A stretch of 64,000 bases of DNA. Origin: Candidatus Dojkabacteria bacterium (GTDB lineage Bacteria > Patescibacteriota > Dojkabacteria > SC72 > T1SED10-24). This document shows, in pieces, positions 31,971 to 42,379 of the stretch. A program made the position numbers and the translations under genes. Under the pieces are notes generated by a model. The model was not told the origin of the DNA and searched no databases. It was given only the letters and a program-made list of their open reading frames with translations. The stretch lies in contig PWFU01000029.1 in the NCBI GenBank assembly GCA_003554185.1, positions 298 to 64,297 of the forward strand, given 5' to 3'. Each line of letters opens with the position of its first letter. Position 1 is the first letter of the stretch.

Positions 31971-32233
31971 ATACTCTACTTAAATATAACATAAATAGGG
32001 GACTTCAAGTAAATAAAAACCAGAAAACGCGCTCTCACACCATATAAAAAAGAAAAATGAGGAATTATAAATCAAAAATAATGAAAAATATTTAATAGAG
32101 AAAAAGGGCAAGAAAAAAGGAAAAATATTTTTTAAATAAAAATAATACATAATAAAAAAAGAATGAATTTATAAAAAAACTCTTATTATAGTATAAATAG
32201 AAAAGTCCACCCCTCTTGGCCTAAACACACCAT

Positions 32234-32261
32234 ACCGAATATAAGGGTAATTATACTCGGT
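32234..32261. other. dif-like 28-bp tyrosine recombinase site
   Basis: ACCGAATATAA-GGGTAA-TTATACTCGGT: 11-6-11 layout, arms 10/11 palindromic, about 260 bp upstream of the xer gene. Confidence 0.6.
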
Positions 32262-32425
32262 TGTTACATACCAAACATAATCCCCTAAACAAAGTGAGGG
32301 GAACAATCCCCCTCTCCTTACAACCTAACCAGATTAATATTATATTTTTTCACATTAAAGAGCCTTATTTAACACTTAATAAGTGAACATTCTATCACCG
32401 TATTGTAAGAGAATAACTAAAAGAT

Positions 32426-32484
32426 TTATCCACACCCAATATTACTATAGGATAATGTACACTATAGGCCTGTGAAACTATAGG
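32426..32484. repeat. One DnaA box and three ACTATAGG direct repeats
   Basis: TTATCCACA at 32426-32434; ACTATAGG at 32444, 32461 and 32477. Confidence 0.55.
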
Positions 32485-32510
32485 CTCCCCTCCTCTCTTC
32501 CCCCTTGGTA

Positions 32511-33329
32511 TCAATAAAAATAATAAAATATGAATAATATAACTAAGAAAATAAAGAAAAAATATTCAAAAAGCCGCGATTTTATAATTTCTTGACGCCT
32601 TTCAATAAAGAAATCTACCGCATAATAAAAAACAACCGTTGTAATTAGCGCAATAAACTCTACTTCCATACCAAATAATATAGTTCCAGCCAATATCAGT
32701 AATACATTCCAAATTATCAAAAAAACGTTTGTTAAAATTACTCTAATCTCTAAGAAAAAATAAGTCATCAAGAGAAAAACAAACAAAATATAAAAAATTA
32801 AGAGAATAAAAACTGCGAATAAAATATTGTCCTGCAGAGATAATATGCTGTATGTCAAGAAAAATACTGATAAAACGGTAAGAAGATAAATGCTAGTTTT
32901 TGCTACAGCTTCTAAAGGTATTCTCCTAAAACTTGAGACTGCAAAGATATTCGCTGTCAAAAATGCAAAATAAATAATCAAAAATGCTATTATTAAAACG
33001 ACAATGACAAGAAAAGCTTCAGAAACTCTAGCAAAATCCCCTGCAAAAAAAGTTTGAAGAAAAAGCACTTGAGTGAAAATTATTAGTGCAAGATGAAGAG
33101 AAATTACTGTAATAATCCGAAAATTTAGTTTAAATCGCAAAACCCAGAAAAACACCAATATTGATAAGAAAGCATATAAAACAGATAAAATAATTGGGCT
33201 TTCTGCAATTTCGCCAAACAATCCAAATAACTGATGCCCTAATAAAGAAAAAATCACTAATAAGGAAACTAATATTATCCTCCCCTTTTTTGCATTATCC
33301 ATTCTTTGCTTAATTACATCTCGCATCAT
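32511..33329 (-). CDS. Hypothetical polytopic membrane protein
   Basis: About 8-9 TM helices; ANIFAVSSFRRIPLEAVAKT loop. Confidence 0.8.
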   Translation of the reverse strand: MMRDVIKQRMDNAKKGRIILVSLLVIFSLLGHQLFGLFGEIAESPIILSVLYAFLSILVFFWVLRFKLNFRIITVISLHLALIIFTQVLFLQTFFAGDFARVSEAFLVIVVLIIAFLIIYFAFLTANIFAVSSFRRIPLEAVAKTSIYLLTVLSVFFLTYSILSLQDNILFAVFILLIFYILFVFLLMTYFFLEIRVILTNVFLIIWNVLLILAGTILFGMEVEFIALITTVVFYYAVDFFIERRQEIIKSRLFEYFFFIFLVILFIFYYFY

Positions 33330-34381
33330 ACCTCACCCCCCTTCTGCATAATATAGTTTATAGCTTTTTCAGTCAGTACCCTTCCCCTACTGGTCCTTTG
33401 TAAAAACCCTGATTTCATAAGAAAAGGTTCGTAAACATCTGTTAAAGTACTCTCTTCTTCAGATATAGCTGCTGCTAAAGTCGATACCCCCACCGGACCA
33501 CCTTCATAATATTGCCAAATAGTTTCAATAATCATTCTATCCACGTCCTCAAACCCAAAACCATCAATACCCAAGAGTTCAAGAGCCTCTAGAGCAACCT
33601 TTTTAGATACTAATGACTCTTTAATATCCGAATTCTCATAGTAATCTCTCACCCTACGAAGCAACCTTAAAGAAACCCGAGCAGTCCCTCTAGACCTTTT
33701 CGCAATTTCATTAAGCGCATCTTTCTCGAAATTCATATCCCAGACCACTACTGCCCTTTCCAATATCTTCAATATATCGGATTCTTCAAAATAATCTAAC
33801 CTTTGCACCAAGCCAAAACGATCTCGCATAGGTGGACTCAATTTCCCAATATTAGTTGTAGCACCTATCAAAGTAAAAGGGTTTAAACTCAGCCTTATGG
33901 TTTTTGCAGAAGGGCCCTTCCCCACAACAATATCTAATACGCCGTCCTCCATGGCAGGATAAAGGGTCTCCTCTACCCCACGGGACAATCTGTGAATTTC
34001 ATCTACGAACAAGACATCATTATGCCCTAAATTAGTTAAAATCGCTGCTAAATCACCCTGCCTCTCAATAGCGGGTCCTGAAGTAACATGCAAAGAAGAA
34101 CCTATCTCCCGCGCAATAGCATTCGCAAAAGTAGTTTTACCAAGACCTGGAGGGCCATAAAAAAGAATGTGGTCTACACTATCACCCCGTTTTTTGGCAG
34201 ATTTAATCATCATATTTATAGCCTCTTTTTCTGTTTTTCTGCCAATAACCTCGTCTATATTAGAAGGACGTATATTGGGCTCCATATCTTCACTGCTTTT
34301 ACTTGAATCATGCACAACAGAAAGCTTCTGATTTTCAGACTTCTTTTGTTGTCCTTCTTTATTTTTGCTACTTCTGATCAT
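33326..34381 (-). CDS. ruvB: Holliday junction branch migration helicase RuvB
   Basis: GPPGLGKTT, TSGPAIE, FVDEIHRL, GATT, RDRFG, RGTARV, YEPFL. Confidence 0.97.
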   Translation of the reverse strand: MIRSSKNKEGQQKKSENQKLSVVHDSSKSSEDMEPNIRPSNIDEVIGRKTEKEAINMMIKSAKKRGDSVDHILFYGPPGLGKTTFANAIAREIGSSLHVTSGPAIERQGDLAAILTNLGHNDVLFVDEIHRLSRGVEETLYPAMEDGVLDIVVGKGPSAKTIRLSLNPFTLIGATTNIGKLSPPMRDRFGLVQRLDYFEESDILKILERAVVVWDMNFEKDALNEIAKRSRGTARVSLRLLRRVRDYYENSDIKESLVSKKVALEALELLGIDGFGFEDVDRMIIETIWQYYEGGPVGVSTLAAAISEEESTLTDVYEPFLMKSGFLQRTSRGRVLTEKAINYIMQKGGEV

Positions 34382-34970
34382 TTCGCAAAACAATAGATAT
34401 TAAATTCTCCACGGTCATATCACCATCAACTTTTTTGTATTCCTCCCTACCCTTTTGAACTAAACCTTTCAGTTCTTCTCCACGAAAACCCAAAGATTTT
34501 AATGCTTTATTTAACTCATCAAACAATTCTTTTTCTACAACAGACCCACCTGTATAAAAATCTTGTTCATATACTCCCTGAAGCTCTAAAACTATTTTCT
34601 TGGCGCCCTTTTCTCCCAAACCTTTAACTTTACTCAAAGTCTGATAATCACCAGAATACAATATTTCTTTAAATTCAGGAGAAGAATAATTAGATACTAT
34701 TGACAGTGCAATCTTTGGCCCTATTCCTGTGACATTTAAGACATTTTCAAACATTTCCTTTTGTTCTAAAGAAAGAAAACCATAAAGAGTTTGACTATCC
34801 TCTCGTACTTGTAAACTAGTAAACAATTTAACCTCTTCCTCTAATTGAAGAACACTATTAGAAGGGACAAATACACCATACCCTACACCACAAGCGTTGC
34901 GTACAATTATATACATCTGATTGGCACTATAACTTAAATCAACTATTTCCCCTTCAATATATGCAATCAT
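34368..34970 (-). CDS. ruvA: Holliday junction binding protein RuvA
   Basis: MIAYIEG, VREDSQTLYGF, GIGPKIAL, KGLGEKGAKKIVLEL. Confidence 0.96.
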   Translation of the reverse strand: MIAYIEGEIVDLSYSANQMYIIVRNACGVGYGVFVPSNSVLQLEEEVKLFTSLQVREDSQTLYGFLSLEQKEMFENVLNVTGIGPKIALSIVSNYSSPEFKEILYSGDYQTLSKVKGLGEKGAKKIVLELQGVYEQDFYTGGSVVEKELFDELNKALKSLGFRGEELKGLVQKGREEYKKVDGDMTVENLISIVLRNDQK

Positions 34971-35464
34971 TTGGATTTTAAACTTAAATTAGATATCAAA
35001 GAATCATTACAACAAATAGCTACTGCAATAGCATCTGCAGCATCATCTGGTTTTGGGATCGTATCTAAATTACACAAGATCTTTACATTTTCCTGAACCT
35101 GTTTTTTCCCCGCCTTACCATAACCAGACACAGAACTTTTTATTTGCAAAGGAGTAAAACTATAGGCGTCTATCCGATATTCTTCCAGAATTAATAAAAC
35201 GACTCCTCTTGCCTCACCAACAGACATTGCAGTTTTAGAATTATTACAAAATAAAAGAGACTCTACTCCAGCCATATCAGGAGCAAATTTTTTAACAATC
35301 TTAGACAGGTCAGTATGTATCTCCAATAATCTCTCCCCCGCTCGAAGCTCCTTAGACGTTTCTATGACACCATAATCGACAATCAAAGAAACTTCTCGTC
35401 CTTCAAAATCAATTACCGACCAACCAGTTGTTGCAACACCAGGATCTATACCCAAAACCCTCAT
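34967..35464 (-). CDS. ruvC: Holliday junction resolvase RuvC
   Basis: VLGIDPG, GEARG, GYGKAGK, DDAADAIAVA. Confidence 0.97.
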   Translation of the reverse strand: MRVLGIDPGVATTGWSVIDFEGREVSLIVDYGVIETSKELRAGERLLEIHTDLSKIVKKFAPDMAGVESLLFCNNSKTAMSVGEARGVVLLILEEYRIDAYSFTPLQIKSSVSGYGKAGKKQVQENVKILCNLDTIPKPDDAADAIAVAICCNDSLISNLSLKSK

Positions 35465-35476
35465 TTTTAAAAAATA

Positions 35477-36250
35477 TTATAATTTAACATCTGTCCAAAC
35501 ATTTTGAACATCAGGATATTCTTCTAAGCTCTCAACTAAAATCCTTAATTTTTCTAAATCCTCATCTGATAGGTCTTTAAATATTTTTGGTGTACGAATA
35601 AGCCCATAATTCGAAATAACGTAACCCAGATTTTGAATACCCGTCTTTACTTTATGTATATCTTGTGCCTCACTAAAAACCTCTATTGAAGACTCCTCCG
35701 ACTCCGCTATATCAATACATCCAGGAATCTCTAAAAGATCGTTCAAAACTTGATCATAATCACTTTCTACAAAAACCTCCTCCAAACTATTTTGCTTATT
35801 TGCAACCATTTTACCACATTGCACCTCTACCCTTCCCTTTTGTTCAAAATTCCACGATACAGAGCCTGAATTGGATAAAGTCCCACCTGAATCAGAAAAA
35901 ATCTTTCTCAAATCGGAAACTACTCTATTTTTATTATCTGTAGCCACATCAACTACAATTGATCCGCCTCCAGGACCTATACCTTCATAAAAACACTCTT
36001 CGATTTTTTCTCCATTTTCACCTACGCCCAAACCTTTGTTAATAGCACGCTGAATGTTATTCGCAGGCATAGACTCAGACTTGGCTTTTTCAACCAATTT
36101 TCTCAATGTAGGATTACTATCAACATCCCCCCCACCATCTTTAACAGCTATTGAAATTTGCTGAGCAAGCTTGGAAAAAATCTTACCTTTTTTTGCATCA
36201 GCAGCGCCCTTTGCATGTCTAATTTTTGACCATTTAGAATGACCTGCCAT
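35477..36250 (-). CDS. yebC: YebC/PmpR family protein
   Basis: MAGHSKWSKI, YEGIGPGG, TDNKNR, DVQNVW. Confidence 0.96.
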   Translation of the reverse strand: MAGHSKWSKIRHAKGAADAKKGKIFSKLAQQISIAVKDGGGDVDSNPTLRKLVEKAKSESMPANNIQRAINKGLGVGENGEKIEECFYEGIGPGGGSIVVDVATDNKNRVVSDLRKIFSDSGGTLSNSGSVSWNFEQKGRVEVQCGKMVANKQNSLEEVFVESDYDQVLNDLLEIPGCIDIAESEESSIEVFSEAQDIHKVKTGIQNLGYVISNYGLIRTPKIFKDLSDEDLEKLRILVESLEEYPDVQNVWTDVKL

Positions 36251-36292
36251 AAACATTAAAATCAGATATATTACTACCTGATTTTAACATAT

Positions 36293-36613
36293 TTAGTAGT
36301 AGTTTTTATCATCTTTCTCCTGCTTATTATACTCATCATATTTATTAAGAACCTCTTCAACGTTTTTGAAGCCGGAATTTCTTAGCATAGACTCTAAATC
36401 TCCTTCCTTTACATTGTTTCCAAAAGCCCGCATCGCAGAATCAAATGACTTTAGTAACAAAGCAACTGCATCAACCCTATACTCTTCAGAGATATCTTCT
36501 TTGTCACGAATATCTTGCAACATGTTATTATAAGAATCTTCTACCCTTTTGGGAACCAACTTTTCAGCTGAATTACCACCACACTCATTTTTGTTCGCCT
36601 TAAAAAACTCCAT
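36293..36613 (-). CDS. Small charged hypothetical protein (start uncertain)
   Basis: ORF co-oriented with neighbours; ATG at 36613. Confidence 0.6.
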   Translation of the reverse strand: MEFFKANKNECGGNSAEKLVPKRVEDSYNNMLQDIRDKEDISEEYRVDAVALLLKSFDSAMRAFGNNVKEGDLESMLRNSGFKNVEEVLNKYDEYNKQEKDDKNYY

Positions 36614-36664
36614 ACAAAACAATAGTACCAAATATTCAACTACTTTAACAAGAGGAAACAATCA

Positions 36665-37231
36665 CTACTCAGAAGAAGAATTAGCAGGGACTAGATTACC
36701 ATACTTCTTCTTAAAATTTTCAATCTTACTTTCCGTTAACTCCCTTTTCTTTTCCATCACTTTATTGACATCTTCCATTTCATATCTCAAATCCCAAAGC
36801 TTTTCTGATAATTCATTAAATTTGCTTCTATCATGATCTTCTAAACTTTTTTCCAAATTTTTCATTTCTTCTTTAATTTCCTCCTTAATTTCAGGCAACC
36901 TATTAGGAACGTACTCCAATTTAGAAACTAGACGTTCATATTCCTTTGCAATATTCGCCTTAAGTTGCTCACGAAGCTGAATAGCAGGTTGATCCTTCCC
37001 AAGAGCGAAAAGCTGGCTCATTTGCCTAAAAAGCTTCTCTTGCTCCTGATGAAACTCTTGCTCATAACTATCATCTTCTTCTTCATCAAAAATCGAGACA
37101 CCACCATCTTCATCCTTTAAATCCTGTTTAGCGGTATTTGCATCATAAGAATCCCAAGATCCTACATCCTTGTTTTTTTTATCATCCTCTTGCTCTTTCG
37201 TAGTATTTTTTGACTTTTTATTTTTGCTCAT
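36665..37231 (-). CDS. Acidic coiled-coil hypothetical protein
   Basis: 188-aa ORF, E/K-rich. Confidence 0.75.
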   Translation of the reverse strand: MSKNKKSKNTTKEQEDDKKNKDVGSWDSYDANTAKQDLKDEDGGVSIFDEEEDDSYEQEFHQEQEKLFRQMSQLFALGKDQPAIQLREQLKANIAKEYERLVSKLEYVPNRLPEIKEEIKEEMKNLEKSLEDHDRSKFNELSEKLWDLRYEMEDVNKVMEKKRELTESKIENFKKKYGNLVPANSSSE

Positions 37232-37310
37232 AAAACTTCCTTAAATATGTTAACCTCGTTCATTCTAGCATAAATTGCTGTAAACACACCAAAAAAATTT
37301 TTTACAGGTC

Positions 37311-39743
37311 TTAAGACATTTTAACTCTATTTCCTTTAGCACTATACTTTTGATTACTCCAGCGCTTCACTTTATCCTCTATATCAGCCCTAGGTCTACC
37401 AAATCTTTCACGAGAATTTTTGATAATATCATCACTATAACCCATTCTATCATACCTCAAATCTAGCGATTTCGCACTAAAAGGTTTAGATGTCATCCCA
37501 TCTATACACAACTTTATATACATAGAGTGCGCCTCAAGAGAGACCAAATCTTCTGCTGTAAATATCGGAGCATATTCATTGGATAAAATTGAAGCATCAC
37601 TTTGACTAACAACAAAAGAACCCAAAGAACCCACATTACCAAAAATCGCACTTCTTACATTAATGGGTAGCTGCTCAATATACTGATTAGTCATAACCAA
37701 ATTAAGTTTGAATTTTCGAGCCTCTGATAGAATCTTTGCAAAAGATTCTGTTGCAAAATTTTGAAACTCATCAACATAAAGAAAAAAATCCTGCCTATCT
37801 TCAAAAGGGATATCTACCCTCTCCATAGCAGTACTCTGTAACCTTGTAATTAACATTCCCCCTAACAATGCACTATTCTCCTCCCCAATTTTACCTTGAG
37901 CCAGATTTACGAGGAAGATTTTTTTATTATCCATAATCTCTCTTAAATCTATTGTCGATTTAATTTGCCCTACAATATTTCTAATAACTGAGGTGGATAT
38001 AAAGCGCCCTACTTTGTTCTGAATAGGAGCAATAGCTTCTGTCTTTAACCTAGAATTGGAAGACATTGAAGCAAATTCTTCTTCCCAAAATTTTCTCAGT
38101 ATAGGATCATCTACATGCTTTAGTATAAAAGTACGGTAATTGTCATCCGTTAGAATCCTCAAAACACCCAACAAAGTCGTTCCTTGAGCCTCCAAACAAG
38201 TCGCTATAGCATTCTGCATAATATACTGTAACCTAGGACCCCAGGAGTCTCCAAATTGCTTTTTGAACACCTCTACAACACCATCCGCAACAAGATCTCG
38301 CTGACTCGGATCTCTCAGTTCAAGCATATTAAAACCAATGGGATTCTCAATGTCGGAAGGATTGAAATACACTACATCCTCAAGACGATGAGAGGGTATA
38401 TAATCTAGCAACTCCTCAACATCTTGTCCATGTGGGTCCACATAACAGACCCCATCCCCAGATAAAATATCTGACAAAATCATATTTTTAAAAACAGTAC
38501 TCTTACCTACTCCCGTCTTTCCTAATAAATAGAAATGTTTAGATCTATCTTGTCTTTTAATACCAAATTCCATTTTTTCATTGCGATAGTCAGTCCGAGC
38601 AAACACATTCACATCTTTTGCACCTGCAAGAGGCAAGTTCATAGGAGGTTCTGCTTTCTTTGCTCTACTCCAATTTATGTTAGGAGTCTCCACCGTAATA
38701 TTTGGTAAATGAAAAACAGACGCCAATTCTTCCACTCCCAAAATATCATCCGGCTGACTATCTAGCCACCTATATACATATTTATTATACAAATTATGAG
38801 GATCATCCACTTCTTCAATTTGTCTGAAACTGTTAAGATGAGCAGTTGTAAATTGTTTAAAGCTAGCTACAACATCCCTTAATATTTGTTCTGATCTCAA
38901 CTCGTCTCTGGCCTTAGATATTATTCTTATATTCACTTCAAAACCTAACTTAAACATTTTACCTTCTATTTCAGACAGCTCAGCTTCTTGTCCAGGAGCC
39001 AATTTAACCACCTCTTTAGTACCAAAAGACTTATCATCAGAAGAACGTGAAGGAGAGAAAATTTTACCTACTTTGCTCCAAAAAGATTCCCCTAAAGGAT
39101 CCCTCCCCTCTCTTATAGCTTCTATATATCTCTTGGATTCCTCCTGCCAACCATTAGCAACAGGACGTATAACGATTTGAATCCAAGCATCTTCACCCAT
39201 TTTCAAATCTGAAATAGCAGAAGTGATTGCAGCCAGAGGATCTACGTCAAAGTTACGGAACGTTCTAATAGGAAAGATATACCCCTTCTCAAGTTCAATC
39301 TCACCCACATTTACATATGTTTTAATAGATTTATCTGGCACATCTCTCTTACAAGTAGCATAATCAGAAACATATTCTATCTCAGCATTTGGATATTGAG
39401 CATAAACCTGCCCCTCTACAAAGTTAGAAATATTCTGAGGAGCAACAATAAAAAACCTTATCCCTTCTTCACCTGAGGAAACAATCTCGAAACTAAGTAA
39501 ATCTTCTGCCCTTTCGCGATCTCTCAATATACCATGCAAAGAAGCAAACATCTGCTCAGCTGCTAGTGGAGTAGTGTCGTTATCTCGAGGTACAAAAATC
39601 TTCATGAAAACAGGGTCTCTAACGTACTCAAAAATTTCCTCTGGTGTCTTCTTACGTCTAGCCAAAATCCACACCAAAAGAATAAATATGAACACTAGGG
39701 TTATTACCGCGACTATTATGATTAAGTATAAAGTTTCCAACAT
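37311..39743 (-). CDS. VirB4/TraG-TraD-like (FtsK-HerA superfamily) membrane ATPase, CPR type
   Basis: N-terminal TM; AAEQMFASLHG; HFYLLGKTGVGKS (Walker A); VDPHG; LYVDEFQNF (Walker B); LSEARKF; NQYIEQL. Confidence 0.9.
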   Translation of the reverse strand: MLETLYLIIIVAVITLVFIFILLVWILARRKKTPEEIFEYVRDPVFMKIFVPRDNDTTPLAAEQMFASLHGILRDRERAEDLLSFEIVSSGEEGIRFFIVAPQNISNFVEGQVYAQYPNAEIEYVSDYATCKRDVPDKSIKTYVNVGEIELEKGYIFPIRTFRNFDVDPLAAITSAISDLKMGEDAWIQIVIRPVANGWQEESKRYIEAIREGRDPLGESFWSKVGKIFSPSRSSDDKSFGTKEVVKLAPGQEAELSEIEGKMFKLGFEVNIRIISKARDELRSEQILRDVVASFKQFTTAHLNSFRQIEEVDDPHNLYNKYVYRWLDSQPDDILGVEELASVFHLPNITVETPNINWSRAKKAEPPMNLPLAGAKDVNVFARTDYRNEKMEFGIKRQDRSKHFYLLGKTGVGKSTVFKNMILSDILSGDGVCYVDPHGQDVEELLDYIPSHRLEDVVYFNPSDIENPIGFNMLELRDPSQRDLVADGVVEVFKKQFGDSWGPRLQYIMQNAIATCLEAQGTTLLGVLRILTDDNYRTFILKHVDDPILRKFWEEEFASMSSNSRLKTEAIAPIQNKVGRFISTSVIRNIVGQIKSTIDLREIMDNKKIFLVNLAQGKIGEENSALLGGMLITRLQSTAMERVDIPFEDRQDFFLYVDEFQNFATESFAKILSEARKFKLNLVMTNQYIEQLPINVRSAIFGNVGSLGSFVVSQSDASILSNEYAPIFTAEDLVSLEAHSMYIKLCIDGMTSKPFSAKSLDLRYDRMGYSDDIIKNSRERFGRPRADIEDKVKRWSNQKYSAKGNRVKMS

Positions 39744-39805
39744 TAGAACAATTCTAACTCAAATCAAACTAAACTGCACTATCCTAGAGTATAAAGATTT
39801 CTATT

Positions 39806-40982
39806 TTACTCCTCTCCTAATACAACAACTATATCTGCTGTAGTTAAGAAATCAGGACGCTTTTCCTTTATCACAGGATCTTCAATAACCTGCTTGACCT
39901 TTCCAAGAGCAACACTATATTCTTCCCTGTTAGGAATATATATATAATCTTTTTCATATTCATAGGATGTGTTCTCATATCTAACAATGTTACACCCCAG
40001 GTTATTTATTCTCCGAGCCATTTTACGAGCATAAAGAGGTACTTCCGTCGCATTATATACTTCGACCTTTACTTGCTCTCTGGCTAAATCTCGGCTACTA
40101 ATTACTCCATAATTTTGTTGTATGGAATTATCAAATTTTTCCAAATTTAACACATCTACTTCACCTCTAGCATCCAATTGTTCTTTTCTAGTAAAATCCT
40201 CCTGTCCAAGATCAATAAATTCGTGCCTGTCTGAGGAAATTACACTATCAATTTTATTAAAATATCTATATATATCCATAAAACTCAAATTCGAATATAA
40301 TGAGGCAGAAACTATATCCGCTTGATAATAAGTGTTCACTAACCTTGGAAGTGTAAAACCAGAAAAAATGCTTAAAACCTCATCCTTTTCCCTCCCCCAA
40401 CCAGTTTCTGAGCTAAAAAATAATTTAGCTAAATCAGGTTTAATCCATACATAGCTATCAAAATCTAAAGCTGTTTGAGTACTAATTTGATCTAAAACGT
40501 AAGCGTGTTCGCTGCCGTACATAAAAGTATTTCCCGCATACGTCAGATTACCAATAGAAACATATATCTCTCCAAAATCATCTTGTATATAAAGATCTTG
40601 AGGGAAATAGTAAATAAGTAACTCGGAAATATCAGTATTATATATAACTAGCAAAATAAACAAATTCGTAGTATCTTCTGCAGACACATCTTCATAGATT
40701 AATAAGGTTTTTCTAACTTCATCTGGTTCAGAAACTTCAAAAACCTCAGAAGATTCTTGCACAACATCAGTGAATTCCAACGTTGATATATATATATATA
40801 TTCCCTACCCAGATTAAAAACAGTAAAACGAGAACAATTAGAAAAACATATCGCAGATATCTTTTAATCCCAATTTTATTTACCATCTTCTCACCCACTC
40901 TCTTGGATTTGCGCTTACTAAAAGCCCTGTTTTGTTTACGAGCTTTGTTCAAATTATATTTCACAGACTGCCTTTTATTCAT
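39806..40982 (-). pseudogene. LCP/LytR-family protein with LytR_C domain, frameshifted at an (AT)8 tract (phase-off state or sequence error)
   Basis: 40982-40767 encodes a basic tail and TM; 40780-39806 encodes YFPQDLYI...VKVEVYNAT..LYARKMAR...ADIVVVLG; the frames change at the repeat. Confidence 0.75.
40786..40801. repeat. (AT)8 dinucleotide microsatellite
   Basis: atatatatatatatat. Confidence 0.95.
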
Positions 40983-41982
40983 CAATAAAATCACCCAAAA
41001 TATTAAATATTCTCTTTTCCCCAGACAAGTCTTCGAAACCCAAAACTACAGAATCCAAAGCAATATTACTGGAATCCTTTGCCTTAGCACCATAAAGACG
41101 ATCCCCTTTAAGAACACATCCAAGGCTTTTTAACGTAGCCCTCACTTGATGCATTCTACCCGTTTCTATTAAAACAAATAGTTTATCGTAAGACAATGGT
41201 AAGATGTAGGATTTTGCATATCTCAGATTTTCTTCAGAAGTATTAGGTAAAAAAACATACCTCTTTCTATCTTTCTCATCTCTTTTCATACTGCCTTCCA
41301 ATACCTTCCAATTATCCAACTTCACTCCTTTACTCAAGCGATAATCTTCAATGATTTCATGAACTAATTTATAAGAATAAAAATGCTTAAAAATGCCACT
41401 CAAACAAGGTTCTACCTCTGCATAGTATATTTTCAATACTTTATGGTTCTCAAATTGTTCAGCCAAATGTCTCTGTACCTTCCTATTCTTCGCAAAAACG
41501 ATTATCCCCCCTACCCCTTTATCCAACCTATGCACAATACCAGCACGTTTCAATTCTTTATCATACTCACCTTTTCTCTGCAAATAATCCAAAACGTAAT
41601 TAGCTAATGTATTTTTTTCGTTTTTTATACCAGGATGTACAACAAGACCTTTTGCCTTTTTTAAAACAAGATAATCTCTATCTTCAAAAATTATCTCGAA
41701 CCGTCCCTCTTGAGGTACAATCTTGTTTTCATTGTTAGACCTCTCTAATTCTTGCCCGTATTTTTTACTCAACAAATCTAAATCTATAGATACTTCATCA
41801 TTCAATTTCAATCTATAGGAGTGCTTTGCTCTACTGTTATTAATTAATACAAAATCCTTCACCACGCCAGAGACAAAAGCTCGGGGGATCTCTTCAAAAC
41901 CATATTCTTGTTGAAGCAGCATTGTAACAAACTTATCAACCCTTATACCCTCATTTTCTCTCTGAACAATATGTTTCTTCAT
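40975..41982 (-). CDS. RluA/RluD-family pseudouridine synthase
   Basis: S4-like N-terminus RVDKF, GLVVHPG, GIVHRLDK (catalytic Asp), TGRMHQVR. Confidence 0.93.
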   Translation of the reverse strand: MKKHIVQRENEGIRVDKFVTMLLQQEYGFEEIPRAFVSGVVKDFVLINNSRAKHSYRLKLNDEVSIDLDLLSKKYGQELERSNNENKIVPQEGRFEIIFEDRDYLVLKKAKGLVVHPGIKNEKNTLANYVLDYLQRKGEYDKELKRAGIVHRLDKGVGGIIVFAKNRKVQRHLAEQFENHKVLKIYYAEVEPCLSGIFKHFYSYKLVHEIIEDYRLSKGVKLDNWKVLEGSMKRDEKDRKRYVFLPNTSEENLRYAKSYILPLSYDKLFVLIETGRMHQVRATLKSLGCVLKGDRLYGAKAKDSSNIALDSVVLGFEDLSGEKRIFNILGDFIDE

Positions 41983-42379
41983 AAAAAATGAATAAAAAAA
42001 TTAAACATAATGAGGTTAATATAAAAATATCATTAAGGTTAAAAACAGGTAAATTAAAAATAGAAATATAGTCACAAACCCCTCCTAAAAAAAACCTATC
42101 TGTTATATTTCCTAAAGACGCGACAAAAAAAGCCCCCACCAAACCCCAAGAATTACGTAGTATATAAAAAACTCTCAACAAAAAAAACACCATAACAAAC
42201 AATAACAAAACCTGGAATAAAGCCAAATATACCTGATTCAACCCAGTAAACAAACCAAAAGCCACACCGGTATTTATCTCACACAAGTCAGTCATAGTAA
42301 ATGAAATGAATAAATGAACAATCGTAAAAAAAACGACTACAAAAAAATAACATTTGAAGAATTTTTTAATCATCTCCAT
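41951..42379 (-). CDS. lspA: Lipoprotein signal peptidase II
   Basis: NTGVAFG, GNITDR, VCDYI, VFNLND. Confidence 0.9.
   Translation of the reverse strand: MEMIKKFFKCYFFVVVFFTIVHLFISFTMTDLCEINTGVAFGLFTGLNQVYLALFQVLLLFVMVFFLLRVFYILRNSWGLVGAFFVASLGNITDRFFLGGVCDYISIFNLPVFNLNDIFILTSLCLIFLFIFYEETYCSERK

Noticed and set aside
31975..32510. Calling this region oriC
   Set aside because: Only one perfect DnaA box, no dnaA nearby, and no evident strand-bias switch; kept only as a low-level finding.
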